DNA of 64,000 nucleotides from assembly GCF_009914755.1 (NCBI RefSeq), contig NC_060936.1, one strand, 5' to 3'. The notes below the pieces were generated by a model that was not told the origin of the DNA, did not search any database, and saw only the letters and a list, made by a program, of their open reading frames with translations. The position numbers and the translations under genes are program-made. Numbering within the stretch: the first letter of the stretch is position 1; every line of letters starts with the position of its first letter. This stretch comes from the human T2T-CHM13v2.0 reference genome, Homo sapiens. Positions 1-12,984 of the stretch are shown in pieces.

Positions 1-384
1 CCAGAAGTTACCACCCTGGGTTATGCTACATCTTTTAAAGGACTCTCGAGACGCTGAAGGAAATTAGTCAAAAAATTTTTTAAAAGCAGAAAATGAAATT
101 ATATTGTCAATTGACTGGGAGAGGAGCAGTGAAAAGTTGTTGGCTGAGGTCACTGAGACAGGGCTGAGACCAGCAAGAAGGCAAACTGGTGAGCACATTA
201 CCGTACCTCACACCTGGTGTCTCTGGTGACTGAAGTTATTTGGAAGTGAATCTTCCATGTAAACCTGGGAGGTCGTCTGTAGCCCTTTTTTTTTTTCTCC
301 TTAAGAAAATGTAATAGCGTAGTTGAACATTCATATTCTTAGCCTCCTTTGGGCTATACTTTTATTTTTTATACATAGTTTTAG

Positions 385-560
385 AATTTACAAAATGCTC
401 TTAAAATATCTCATTTCATTCTCACAACGACTCCGGACTGTACTCTTTTATCTTTTCACAACAAAGGCTCAGAGGAAGCGTAGCAACTAACTTGTCCAAG
501 GTTTACGCCGGTTTCTAGGGGGCAGAGCTGGCGCTATCCACCCCGCCTGTATCTCCAAAC
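385..560 (-). mobile_element. MIR fragment
   Basis: tctcatttcattctcacaac...aggctcagagg...aacttgtccaaggt...ggcagagctgg. Confidence 0.6.
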
Positions 561-699
561 CCGCTTCAGCCAGGAAATTTATCATGTGGTTTTAAATTTG
601 CCTCTCAATATACAGAGGTACTGTCTTTACTCCAGTCCCGGATAAAGACCTTCTAGGTATGAATGATCTTTGTCTCCATATCTTTGCCTACCGGAGGGA

Positions 700-2130
700 G
701 GAACCACCGTAAGCGGAGACTCCGGGCGGCGGCCGGCGGAAGGGCTGGGCGGGAGGCGTCGGGATGCCGGCAGGACCCTGCGCCCGAGGGGGTAGGGGGC
801 TCGTGTCGGGGTTCCAGGCGCAGATTGATGGGGCCTAAGCAGGGAATGTGAGGGCGGGGAGGGCGTACAACGGAAGGGACTAATCTCGCGGTTTCGAGTT
901 GGGAGCAAACCTCGCCCCCCACCCCCCCCATCCGTTTCCCTTTCTCAGTGAAGACGGTTTGGGGGCGGGTGGGGAGGCGCGTCCTCGGAGCGCCCTCGCG
1001 CTCCCTTTTCGCTCCCCGCGCGCGATCCATCGCCTCTCTTCCCCCGAGGCCAGCGATGGCTCGGGTGCGGGCGAGGAGCTGGGAGGGCGGCTCTCGACGC
1101 AGGTGTCAGATCCGCTCGGCAGTGCTCGGCGCGCTGGCCCGGCCCCCAGCTCCTCCGGCCGCCGCCCCCCGCCCGCCGCGCCGCGGCGCCAGGAGGGCGG
1201 GGCCGGGGCGCGCGCCGCTCCTCAGCAAGCGGGCGGGCGGCGTTCGGTCTGAGGGAGCGGGGCGGTCTCCGCCGGCGTCGCGCGCGCTGTGTGTGAGCGG
1301 GGTCGCGCGCGCGCGCGGCAGGCGAGTGAGGGAACGAGGAGCGGCCGGGTGTGAGTGTGTGGGAGTGAGAGTGTGTGGGAGTGGGGTGAGGGAGAAGCTG
1401 ACGGGACGCGAGGCTGTGAGAAACTGGGCGAGTTTGCGAGGACGCCCGGCCAGCCTGCGGGAGCCGCAGTCGGCGGAGGAGAAAGGAGGCGGCTCCCGGT
1501 ATCCCGACCCCCTCCCCCTCCTCTCCTTCCCCCACTTCCAGCCGCCCGGCGGCCCGCGCTTCCTCGAAGGCCCCAGCCCGGCTCAGTCGGCCGAGAGCGA
1601 GGGAGGAGCCCCCCGACCCAGGTGAGCGGTACGACCGCTGTTGCCCTCGGGTGTAGAGCAGTGAGGCGAAGGCGCGCCCTCCCGAGTGGGCGAGTTCAGC
1701 GGAATGGATCCCCCGATTAGCGGGGGCTGGGCCGGGGAGGGGACCGGCCCGAGCGCGCCCGGGGTCCGGGGCTAGTTGAGGCCGGTGGTCGCCGCTCCGC
1801 GGAGTCGGTGGGGAGCGAGGCGGGGCCCGGCCTTCGCGCGTGTGCTGGGAGGCGCCGGCCCGTGGCGTGTGCGTGAGACCGGGCGAGCCGTGTCGAGGGG
1901 GCGGCGACTTCGGGCGTGTAAGGAGTATGGTTTCCCCGCCGGCGAGGGGGTGTGGTAACCCCGGGAACGCCGGCTGGAGTCGGACCCGCGGGCTGCTGAC
2001 CTGTCCTCGGGATTGCGGCGACACTCCCCCTCCCCCCCCCGCCGCCCCTCATTCCCACAAATTCTATGGAGCGACCGCGGGAGGAGGATCACGTGGTGCG
2101 GTCCCGCAGCTACTGTATTCGATTCCACGT
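700..2130 (+). promoter_or_regulatory. RIMKLB: CpG island / TATA-less promoter of RIMKLB
   Basis: Very GC- and CpG-rich against AT-rich flanks. GC boxes (GGGCGG) near 852, 962 and 1258; E-box CACGTG at 2090-2095. Spans exon 1. Exact TSS cannot be determined from sequence. Confidence 0.9.
1330..1621 (+). other. RIMKLB: RIMKLB non-coding exon 1 (5' boundary approximate)
   Basis: Strong donor CCCAG|gtgagc at 1621/1622 inside the CpG island; no ATG between about 1330 and 1621. Confidence 0.75.
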
Positions 2131-3119
2131 TTTCCTCCTTACGTGTAAATTTTAGAGAGTGTGACAGTCATTCCATCTTTTCCTTTGACAGCCTCTGAAT
2201 GAGAAGGGGATGACCAAATAATTGCTTGTCCAGTTTTGATTCTTTAAAAATTTGAGCATGATGTAAATATTACACTACTTGCCCCTCACCCCCCCCAAAA
2301 AAAACCCAAACCAGAGTGGTAATAATTTCAATCTCCCCTTATTAATATGTCCTTATCTCTGATCACACATTTGTTATTTCACTGTTTTATCCCGTTTGTA
2401 TTGGCGAATAGCGATGGGGTGGTAATTCTGTTCTGTGAGGGGTTATTGCACTAACCATGCTCAATGCAACTGCTATGTAAATTCTTTCAGTATGCTGTCA
2501 TTTTCCCATTAGTTATATATATTGTTACCACATCTTTGTGGAGTTAGGTTCAACTCTAAATAGGTATAGAAAGTATATGGGCAGCCTACTATGCAGATTT
2601 TTTTTTGTGGGCTTGGTATGTTCATTATATTTATGGGTGTTCTTAATTATTAACTATAACCATTTAAATTGAAATGTTTTTAAATCTCATTTTTGTTACT
2701 TTCACAATATTGGGTACCTTAAAGGTCATTTCTTCTATTTTAAAAAATGATTTCTTAAAAGCAATTATGAGAATACTTTTAAGATATTCATTTGGAATAA
2801 AACACTCTCTGAAATTCCGGTCTCAGAGATTTAACATTTATTTCCTAAATTTTAGTATGCAACCCTCTAATTTTAAAAATAATCATAGTTAAATTTCTTT
2901 TCCAATGGTTACTGTTTTATTTGGTTAGTGTGTCAAAGGGGAGGAGGCCTATTTTGTCTTGAGGTAATCCTATTTTATTCTTTTCTATCTTGGTTAGTGC
3001 TGTTAATTTCCTTCTTTCATGTCATTGATTTAGTTGTTAGTTTGGCAACATGGCTGTTGATGTTTTTTATCTTTCTCTGTCTCCCTTTTTTCTCTCTTGT
3101 CTTCTCTTACCCCTACCAG

Positions 3120-3263
3120 GTGCTGGAGTCTGCTTGTCAGGGAGGGGGGCAGTCTGTGATTCTGAGAACAGAGCCAAGAAGGGGAACAGCAAATTCAGTC
3201 ACAGACAATCCTCCACTCGGTCAAGAGCCACTTTTCTCTTCCTGCCTTGCCCCCCCGCAGGGG
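3120..3263 (+). other. RIMKLB: Candidate alternative 5' exon (144 nt)
   Basis: About 55-nt polypyrimidine tract ending ccctaccag| at 3119; donor GGG|gtaagg at 3263/3264; unique sequence. Confidence 0.5.
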
Positions 3264-4118
3264 GTAAGGAACTGAGCGTTTAATCTTTAGCCGGTTGGCT
3301 ACCAGCTAAAATTCTACTTATCTTAGTTTCTAGTGGATAGCTTTCTTATTTTGCCCATGTTTTCTTAGAATCCCTGTTTAATATACTTTTGTCAGTAGTA
3401 GTATCTAGGAGTAGCAGGGAGAGTGACAATAAATTAGCCCCTTCTTTTTTCCCTTGTCATTCAGGCCCCTTTTCCTCTCCAGAGGGAAATTACCAGTAAA
3501 CTCTTCTAAATCTTCCACCCCTTCTCAGTCATACTGTGAAGAAACACACTAAAGTGGACATTATTTGACCAGTGAACACGAACCCAGCTTCAGGCATTGG
3601 TTTGTTGTGGCACATGGAGAAACATCTCTTTTAAAATATCTCCCAATTACCCTTTTCACAATTTGTATCCACCTAGGATTTGCTGCTGGGGTAAGTCACT
3701 AGATTTATTTCTCAAAGCTCCCCTCTCTATGAGCTGAAAGACTGACCAACCATGAACACTAGTAGGGGATGGGGAAAGGGGACAGAGCAGAGCCAGTTGT
3801 TCCACACTTTGGGAAGCAGGAGTAGCTTTTATCATCTTCCTCTGGGGAGCAGGCATAGAGACATAAACTGAGTGAAAATGGGTGGAGGAAGAACTTCTAT
3901 ACCCACGAACAACATGTGAAGAGAGAGAACCAAACATAAAGTAAGGAGGGTGAGTTTTATTGTATGTTGCTTGCTGACAACTGTTTTGGGGGCGCTTCAG
4001 TGATATACATTCATAGAAAGACTTTGTTTTATGGCAGATTAGTTTACAAAGAGTATTCTGCAAGTGGGATTAAGTCACAAGCAAATGAGAAAAGAGCCTC
4101 TAGAAATTGTAATTATGT

Positions 4119-4415
4119 GGCCTGGCGCAGTGGCTCACACCTGTAATCCCAGCACTTTGGGAGGATGAGGCAAGCTGATCACTTGAGGTCAGGAGTTTGA
4201 AACCAGCCTGGCCAACATGGCGAAACCCTGTCTCTGTGAAAAATATAAAAAGTAGCTGGGCATGGTGACGCACACCTGTAGTCACAGCTACTCAGGAGGC
4301 TGAGGCACAAGAATCGCTTGAACCTGGGAGGTGGAGGTTGCGGTGAGCCGAAATTTTATCACTGCACTCCAGCTTGGGCAACAGAGCAAGACTGTCTCAA
4401 AAAAAAAGAAAAAAG
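4119..4415 (+). mobile_element. AluS
   Basis: Full dimer with A-tail and imperfect TSD agaaaYtgtaat. Confidence 0.9.
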
Positions 4416-5053
4416 AAACTGTAATACGTTATTAGAATCTGAGGGAGGAGGAGACTGCGATAGTGAAAAAAGTATTATTTTTAAATGTTAGCTGTGCTGA
4501 TATGTGCAGTTGTTTCAAGAGGTTGAGTAGGGAGATTACGTACAGATGTTGGAAATTGTCTCTTAATTGTCTCGGAATTTTCTGCTTGTCATATGAGGGA
4601 TTGTTAAATAAGATAGTACCTCCAAAAGTATCTACGTAATACATTTTAGATTTATATGCCATATGTATCTGTGTACATGTTAGGTTTGTAGAAAAGTACT
4701 GACTTTCTGGCTTCATGGTAACTAATGCCATGGTGTTATTTTTAATGTTTTCTTTTTCAGTGTTTTTTTTTTCCCCTCTCAAAATTGGCTTGGAGGACAA
4801 AAGCCACAGAGCTAGCCAGCTCTACTCCCCTAGAGGCTGGTCTGCATGGAACCCATCTGTTTATATCTTTTTTCTTCTTTCTGAAATTATGTTTTTGTTT
4901 TTTTTCTAACTTTGTTAACAAAGCTAATCATTTCTGGATCAGTTATATGACCGTTATGGGAAGTAAGCACAGGCCTGATCTCTTTTTTTTTTTTTTTTTA
5001 AGAGAACCCGAAAACATTAATTAGGAATTTTGGATAGCTACATTTAGATTTTA

Positions 5054-5357
<304 letters not shown>

Positions 5358-6338
5358 TAGATCTTATGGGGACACCCATTTGCCTGGTATTTAATATTAA
5401 AATAGCTATGATTTTTTGATACTCTCTTACAATTTGATATAGCAGATTATTAAAATATGTTCTGTTCCATAACTTGTCAGTGTTACATGTCAGGTTATGC
5501 ATTTCCCACTGGGGATAACATCAGGGAATAAAATGGTTGTCGGTTCTTTCTTCATGGAGTTTACAGACTAATTTTGGTAATCTCTGTATTTTTTATCTGT
5601 CTATCAGTTATCCGAGCAGTGTCTGAAGGAGTCTACTGGATTCTTAGGAAATGCGTACTAATTTGTGAATTGATGAGCTGGCAAAACAAAAATCTGTTTA
5701 AACATTTACATGCCTGATTAATTTTACTACCTTTTATTTCAAAAGTGTCTATATCAAGTTGTGACAAAACAGATTCAAACTTGTTCCTTTCTTAAATGCT
5801 TTTATTCTGTATTCAGCTTCTTACATTTCTTTTTTTTCCTTCTGATACTAGCTTTTGGCTTCACGTTCCTATAAATTTAGAAATAAGGTCTCTAAAGTGG
5901 AATATAGAATTGCTGTATAAGATCAGACCATTTCTTACTACTGTGCTTTCCAATTTTGAGGAGTATTTGAATTTTTCATACTTTATCAGAAAACTGCATT
6001 TTGAAAAGTCAGGCAGGGTTGCCCAAATAGCAACCTTGGAATTCTTCCCTGAGGCTTTGGAGTTCTCAGTTGTTAGTTTATTCCTTTGACATGTGATTTA
6101 GTTAGCCATATCTGTAAAGCCTTGGGCTTGAGAGTAAATGAATAGCTTTCTAACTCCTTTTTCAAAGTAATATCTGGGAAGAAAATTTAGACAGAAGGCC
6201 AGACATTTATCATGTTAAATATGAAACTTGGGGACTTTGTACTGTGCATTAAACCTAGGAACTGTCTTCTGTGCCATGTTCCAGAAATAATTTGATGTAA
6301 GTTTCTTCTATTAAGTGAAATCATTAGAAATGTTTGGA

Positions 6339-7054
6339 GGCTGGGCATGGTGGCTCACACCTGTAATCCCAACACTTTGTGGGGCCAAGATGGGTGGATC
6401 ACCTAAGGCCAGGAGTTTGAGACCAGCCTGGCCAACATGGCGAAAACCCATGTCTACTAAAAATACAAAAATTAGCTGGGTGTAGTGGCACGTGCCTGTA
6501 ATTTCAGCTACTCGGGAGGCTGAGGCAGGAGAATTGCTTGAACCCAGGAGGCAGGTTGCAGGGAGCCAAGATCGCACCACTGCACTCCAGCCTGGGCAGC
6601 AGAGTGAGACTCCCTCTCAAAAAAAAGAAAAAGAAAAGAAAAAGAGAAATGTTGTTTGGATTCCAGAAGAACTTTTTTAAGGCAGGGTTTTGCTTTGTCA
6701 CCCAGGCTGAAGTACAGTAGTATGTGATCATAGCTCACTGTAGCCTTGAACTTCTAGGCTCAAGCGAACCCCCTGCCTCAGCCTCTTTAGTGGCTGACAC
6801 CATAGGCCTGTGCCAACATACCCGGCTAATTTTTTTTTCTTTCACTTTTTGTAGAGATGAGACCCCACTATGTTGCCCAGGCTAGTCTTGAACTCCTGTC
6901 CTCCTACTTCAGCCTCCTAAAGTGTTGATTTTTTTGTAGAGATGAGGTCCCACTGTGTTGTCCAGGCTGGTCTCAAACTCCTGGCCTCAAGCAATCCTTT
7001 TGCTTCAGACTCCCAAAGTACTAGGATTACAGGTGTGAATCACTGTGCCTGGCC
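6339..7054. mobile_element. Tail-to-tail inverted Alu pair (+ 6339-6645; - 6673-7054 with an extra left-monomer segment)
   Basis: Alu homology on opposite strands about 30 bp apart. Confidence 0.85.
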
Positions 7055-7436
7055 CCTACCACTTTCTAATTGTGACTTTAAACAAGTTATCTAACCTTTC
7101 TGCTAGAACAGCGTCACTGCCAAATGAAGACCATAGCACACTGCAGAGGGATGGTTGTGAGGATTAAATGATAAAAATAAACCATCTCATATTGTGTTTG
7201 GTACATATAATTACTCAGTATGTGAATTTATTTTCTTTATCCAAATTAGCTTTGATGGTTCTGATTTCTTTGTAGAAAAAAAGCATAGAGAAATAGAAAA
7301 TCTTAATTCCAGTCTTGGGTCTACTATTGTGATATCTTGGGCTGGTCTTTCTTTAAATTGGAATAATAGAAGCCTGTGTTCCTCACATTATTATATACAG
7401 ATTAAGTGCCAAAATATATGTAGAAAGTGTTTTATG

Positions 7437-8302
7437 GGTCGGACGTGGTGGCTCACGCCTGTAATCCCAACACTGGGAGGCTGAGGCAGGCGGATCATTT
7501 GGGGTCAGGAGTTTGAGACCAGCCTGAGCAACGTGATGAAACCCTGTCTCTACCAAAAAATACAAAAATTAGCCGGGTGTGGCGGTGTGTGCTTGTGGTC
7601 CCAGCTATTCAGGAGGCTGAGGTGGGAGAATCACTTGAACCCAGGAGGCGGAGGTTGCAGTGAGCCAAGATCACACCATTGCACTCCAACCTGGGTGACA
7701 GAGTGAGACCCTGTCTCAAAAAAAAAAAAAATTGATTTGGTAAGGAAAATGGCATTTTATAAACTCAGATCACTTAAACATGCTTATTTGTTGAACATGT
7801 TTTCAATCATGACTTAACCTGTAGAAAGAGAAATTGTCTTTGTAACAAATAGAATTGTTTAAACATAGACTTTAAGAATTCATCTTATAGCACTGGCAGA
7901 CCCTAGTTTTTAAAAGTAAACCTTAATTATATGCTATGATAATGGCTTGGGTGCAAATGTTAGCACGTCTGTTAAGTGTTCCCTGACTCCTAAAGTCATT
8001 CTTCCGGAGGATGTGTTATTTAACTAATGCATTAACACTTGAGCCATGGCTCATGCCTGTAATCCCAGCTATCCGGGAGACTGAGGCAGGAGAATTTTGC
8101 TTGAGGCCAGGAGTTTGAGACCAGCCTGGGCAACATAGTGAGAACCTGCCTCTAAAAGAAGAGGAAAAAATTAGCTGGGTGTGGTGGTACATACCTGTAG
8201 CTCAGCTACTTGGGAGGCTGAGGTGGGAGGATTATTTGAGCCCAAGATTGAAGGCTGCAGTTGCGTCACTGCAGGCTTGGTGCAGAGCAAGACCTCACCT
8301 CT

Positions 8303-8337
<35 letters not shown>

Positions 8338-8827
8338 CCCCAAACTAAAACCATTTGAGCTCAGACTTTACTAAATAGGTAAGTGTTTGGGGTATATATT
8401 CCAAGCAACAGGAAGCATGGACGAATATAATGTGTTTAGAAAATTGGAAGTGACAGAGGGCAGAAGATTTATTTGGAGGCTTTTATAGTAGTCCAAGTGT
8501 TGAATATACTGGAGATAAGAGTAAAGTGGGCCAGGCATGGTGGCTCATACCTGTAATCCTAGCACTTTGGGAGGCCAAGGCAGGAGGATCACTTGAAGTC
8601 AGGAGTTCGAGACCAGCCTGGCCAACATGGCGAAACTCCATCTCTACTAAAAATACAAAAATTAGCCGGGTGTGGTGGCACACGCCTGTAGTCCCAGCTA
8701 CTCAGGAGGCTGAGGCAAGAGAATCGCTTGAACCCGGGAGGCAGAGGTTGCAGTGAGCCAAGATCACGTCACTGTACTCCAGCCTGGGTGACAGATTGAG
8801 ACTCCATCTCAAAAAAAAAAAAAAAAA
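7437..8827 (+). mobile_element. Three sense Alus (7437-7731; 8040-8305 with (CA)n tail to about 8334; 8529-8827)
   Basis: Alu consensus and A-tails. Confidence 0.85.
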
Positions 8828-8947
8828 GTAAAATGCCGGTGATATTAATATTTAGAAGTTAGAATTAGCTTTTTGTAAACAGTGAAAGAAGGATGGAAAT
8901 AAAAATTGATGCCCAGTTGTCTGAATCGAGTGCCTTAATAAGGATAG

Positions 8948-9421
8948 GTATATCAGTCAGGGTTCTCCAGGGAAATAGACTCAATAAGATATGTTTATAT
9001 ATGTATTTTTAATTGTATACGTATTTTAAGCATTTAGCTTATGATTGCGGAGTTGCTAAGTTCAAAATCTGTAGAGTAAGCAGCAGTCTGTAAACTCAGA
9101 CAGGACTTGATGTTGCAGTCTTGGGTCTGAAATTTTTGGGGAGACCAGCAGACTGGCAACTCAGGTAGCATTTCTGTGAGTCTGTCTATAAGTCCTGAGT
9201 CTTGAGGAAGAGTTCCTCCTCAGTTTTTACTTTTTAGCAAGACCTTCAACTGATTGGATGAAGCCCCTCCACATTATGGAGGGTAATTTCCTTTACTTAA
9301 GGTCAACTGATTAGATGTTAATCACGTATAGAAAATACCTTCAGCAATGTATAGACTATTGTTTGCCCAAATAGCTTGGAACCATTGCCTCACCAGGTTG
9401 ATGTAAAATTTAATGATCACA
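8948..9421 (-). mobile_element. MLT2-family LTR (ERVL)
   Basis: Ends tatcagtcagggttctcc... and ...aaaatttaatgatcaca resemble the MLT2 consensus. Confidence 0.75.
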
Positions 9422-9467
9422 ATGGGGAATATAGGTGCTGAAACATTTCTGTGAATAAAAATACATT

Positions 9468-10110
<643 letters not shown>

Positions 10111-10399
10111 TAACTGAGGCAACAGTGGGTGGCATTTAGTTAGGGATGCCCAGTAGGCTCATTGAAATGGATTCTGAAATTTAGTTGAGAAAGAAATATC
10201 TAGTGGGTCAGTGGTTCAGAAGGAATAAAGTTGAAACCTGGATTCGGATGACATTTCTAGAAAGTGGAAAGCAGAGTTTAAGAATGAAACTCGGGGGATC
10301 ATATGCAGAAGGAGAGATGTCAGGAGGAAAGTCACAGAAAAAGAGGCTTGATAGCATACCTAAAATTTAATGAGAGAGCGTGGAAAAACAACATTCAAT

Positions 10400-11156
10400 G
10401 TGCTTTTTCCTGTTCTTTCAGCAACACCAATCAACACAGAAGATCCACTGATGGAGATTTCTCCTCACCAACAGTCATTTCTGCAACGGACACCAGCTAG
10501 GTGTCCTCTAATTTCTGACACTGTCTCCCACAGGTTAAGTGCTCAGTTGCCAAAACGACCCCGTACCATGCCCCCCACCAGTACAGGCCTCTGGACTTCA
10601 GCCAGAAGGCTGACTGGCTTTAAGTTGGAGTTCCCACCAACCCTGTCTTTGGGTTTGATTAATTTGCTAGAGCAGTTTACATAACTCAGGGAAACATGTT
10701 TACGTGTATGTTATAAAGGATACAGATGAAAAGGTGCCTAGGGCAAAGTATGGAAAAGGGGCACGGAGCTTCTTTGCCCTTCCTGGGTGCGTCACCCTCC
10801 AGGATCTGCTACGTGTTCAGCTATCTGGAAGCATTTTGAGCCCAATCCTTTTGGGTTTTTTGGAGACTTCGTTACACAGGCATGATTGATTAAACCACTG
10901 GCCACTGGTGATCAACTTGACTGTTAGCCCGTCTCCCGTCTCCAGAGGTTAGGGGATGAGACGGAAGGTTCCAACCCTCTAATCATGCCTTGGTCTTTCT
11001 GGTGACCAGCCTCCATACTAAAGCTGCCTAGGGGCTGCCAGCCATCAGTCAATTATTAGCATACAGAAAGACATCATTTTGGAGATTCTTATGATTTTAG
11101 GAGTTGTATGCCAGGAAACAGGGTTGAAGACCAAGTATATATTTTGTAATATCACA
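10400..11156 (-). mobile_element. MER21-family LTR
   Basis: ggacaccagctaggtgtcctctaatt and terminal gaccaagtatatattttgtaatatcaca resemble MER21. Confidence 0.7.
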
Positions 11157-11333
11157 CTTTTAAGAGACACAAATTTGTTATTTTTCTCCACAAACCTGAT
11201 TCAACTCCCGTGATTCCTATCCAAGAGGGGATAGTGTTGAAAACAAGTCTTTAGTATTATTATTTTTTATCCTATGTACAGTCTTTCCCGAAGCAAGCCT
11301 GTATTAACTGACAAATGGAATAAATGCTATTAA

Positions 11334-11506
11334 AATTCTATCGTATGTTACAATAGAATTCTATACAGATTCCACTGTGTGTTACAGTAGAGTTCTATAC
11401 AGATTCCACTGTGTGTTACAATAGAGTTCTATACAGATTCCATTATGTGTTACAGTAGAGTTCTATACAGATTCTATTGTGTGTTAGAGTTTTATACATA
11501 TTCTAT
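11334..11506. repeat. 34-bp minisatellite, about 4.5 copies
   Basis: Unit tgttacaRtagagttctatacagattccactgtg starts at 11346, 11380, 11414, 11448 and 11482 (partial). Confidence 0.95.
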
Positions 11507-12984
11507 TTTATATTAGTGTATTTTTTTCCTTTAGCTTTATTTTTCTTCAGTATTTGGGATTTTGAGCTCATATGTTAATGGATTTTCTTAGTAAGAGGTA
11601 CCTTAATATCTTCAGATGGTAGATTGTGATTTTTTGCTTTTTCTGTACTAGAATAAATACCTTTGGGAAGGGTCCTCACAAGAAAGATGAGAGGGAGAGA
11701 AATGACTTTCATTTTAACTTTTTTTCTTTTATTCTGTGATGTAATAGAAATCTTTTATGCTCTCATTTGTCCTCTGTACAGAATAGGTTGACACATCCTT
11801 TTGGAAGCTTTAAATATTTGTAATGTATTTTGAGATTTTGACTCTAAACATTGAACTTTTCCTTTGTTTATTAAGGAAATTTGATCCAGTAAGAAACAAC
11901 ACTAAGTTTTAGATCCCAGGATGTTGACTTGAAAAACTTTTAAAGTAGAAAAATTATTCCTCGGGTTGGTCTAATAAGGGAACTAAAAGTTGGGAGAAAC
12001 AAAGTGGTACTTTCTAAACTATTACCTTAGAAAAAATTTAGGAAATCTTAAGCAGTGAAACAAATGTCTGCTTATTTCCTATTTCAGAAGATGAATGAAG
12101 CACTTTAAGATTCCCATATACTCAGTTTTGCCTGAGTATTCCAAGATGCAGTGCTGTTTTTTATTGGTATGCTGATCCAGAAGTTTGTGTGGGAAAACTC
12201 TCAAAAATAAACTCTCTTTGTAGAATTTCTCTTTATTTCAAAAAAGGTACTTTTGTCAGTAGTATTTATTCAGCATCTGATATTTATACATTGTTTTTCT
12301 TGATGCACTGGAGGAAATAAAGAGAGGATGGGATTGGTTGACCTGAGCTTACATTCTAAGAGAGGAAATACTATACGGTACTCATCTATACTATATGTGG
12401 ACATTTGCAATTGCTGCGTTTATGTTTCGCTACTGGAGAATATTTTCTTACAGTTATCTTATTGGGTAACCAAGTTTACTCCTTTAAACTACTAGGAAAA
12501 AAGTTTGCCATTTTATTTTATAGAGGACTCTACTGTCTTTTAAAATAGTGAATATTGTCTGAATTTTAAGATTCTGGATCATTAGCAGGACTGTCATTTT
12601 ATTGGTGCACTTTTGAGCTCCTGTACTATTTAGATTTACTGGAATCCTTTTGACTTGTCAGCATTTCTGTTTTTTCCTGTTTTTCTTTTTTCTTTATGTT
12701 AGCAGATGGGAAAAATAGAAAAGTAGATGTTTTGAAATTCTGTTAAGAGGAAACAGCTGTGCCCAAGGCTAGGAGAGAACCATTGAGGGGCAGAAGCAGG
12801 CAGGCACGCCTGGAGCCTCTACCTTTGGGATTGAAGTCTTCACCCAACACTTCTGGCATCTCAGATGTGAATCCAGTTGGAGCACCCCTAAGAAGGCAAG
12901 CAGCTGTTGCTGCAGCAGCCCTTGGGGAGGCCCCATCGCTTGGGCACCGAGGAAGGCTAGCCGCATGTCCTCCTGTGGGAATGG

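Noticed and set aside
705-715. Donor-like ACC|gtaagc at 708/709 as an upstream alternative exon end
   Set aside because: Plausible, but weak exonic bases and no other support from sequence alone.
627-2198. Long ORFs on both strands in the CpG island (359 aa, 225 aa and others)
   Set aside because: Arg/Pro/Gly/Ala-rich with no recognisable domain; expected from stop depletion in GC-rich DNA. The ATG at 1056 would matter only if transcription starts upstream of it, and it would stop at TAG just after the exon 1-2 junction.
11334-11506. 34-bp repeats as a CRISPR-like array
   Set aside because: Head-to-tail repeats with no unique spacers, in a eukaryotic intron.
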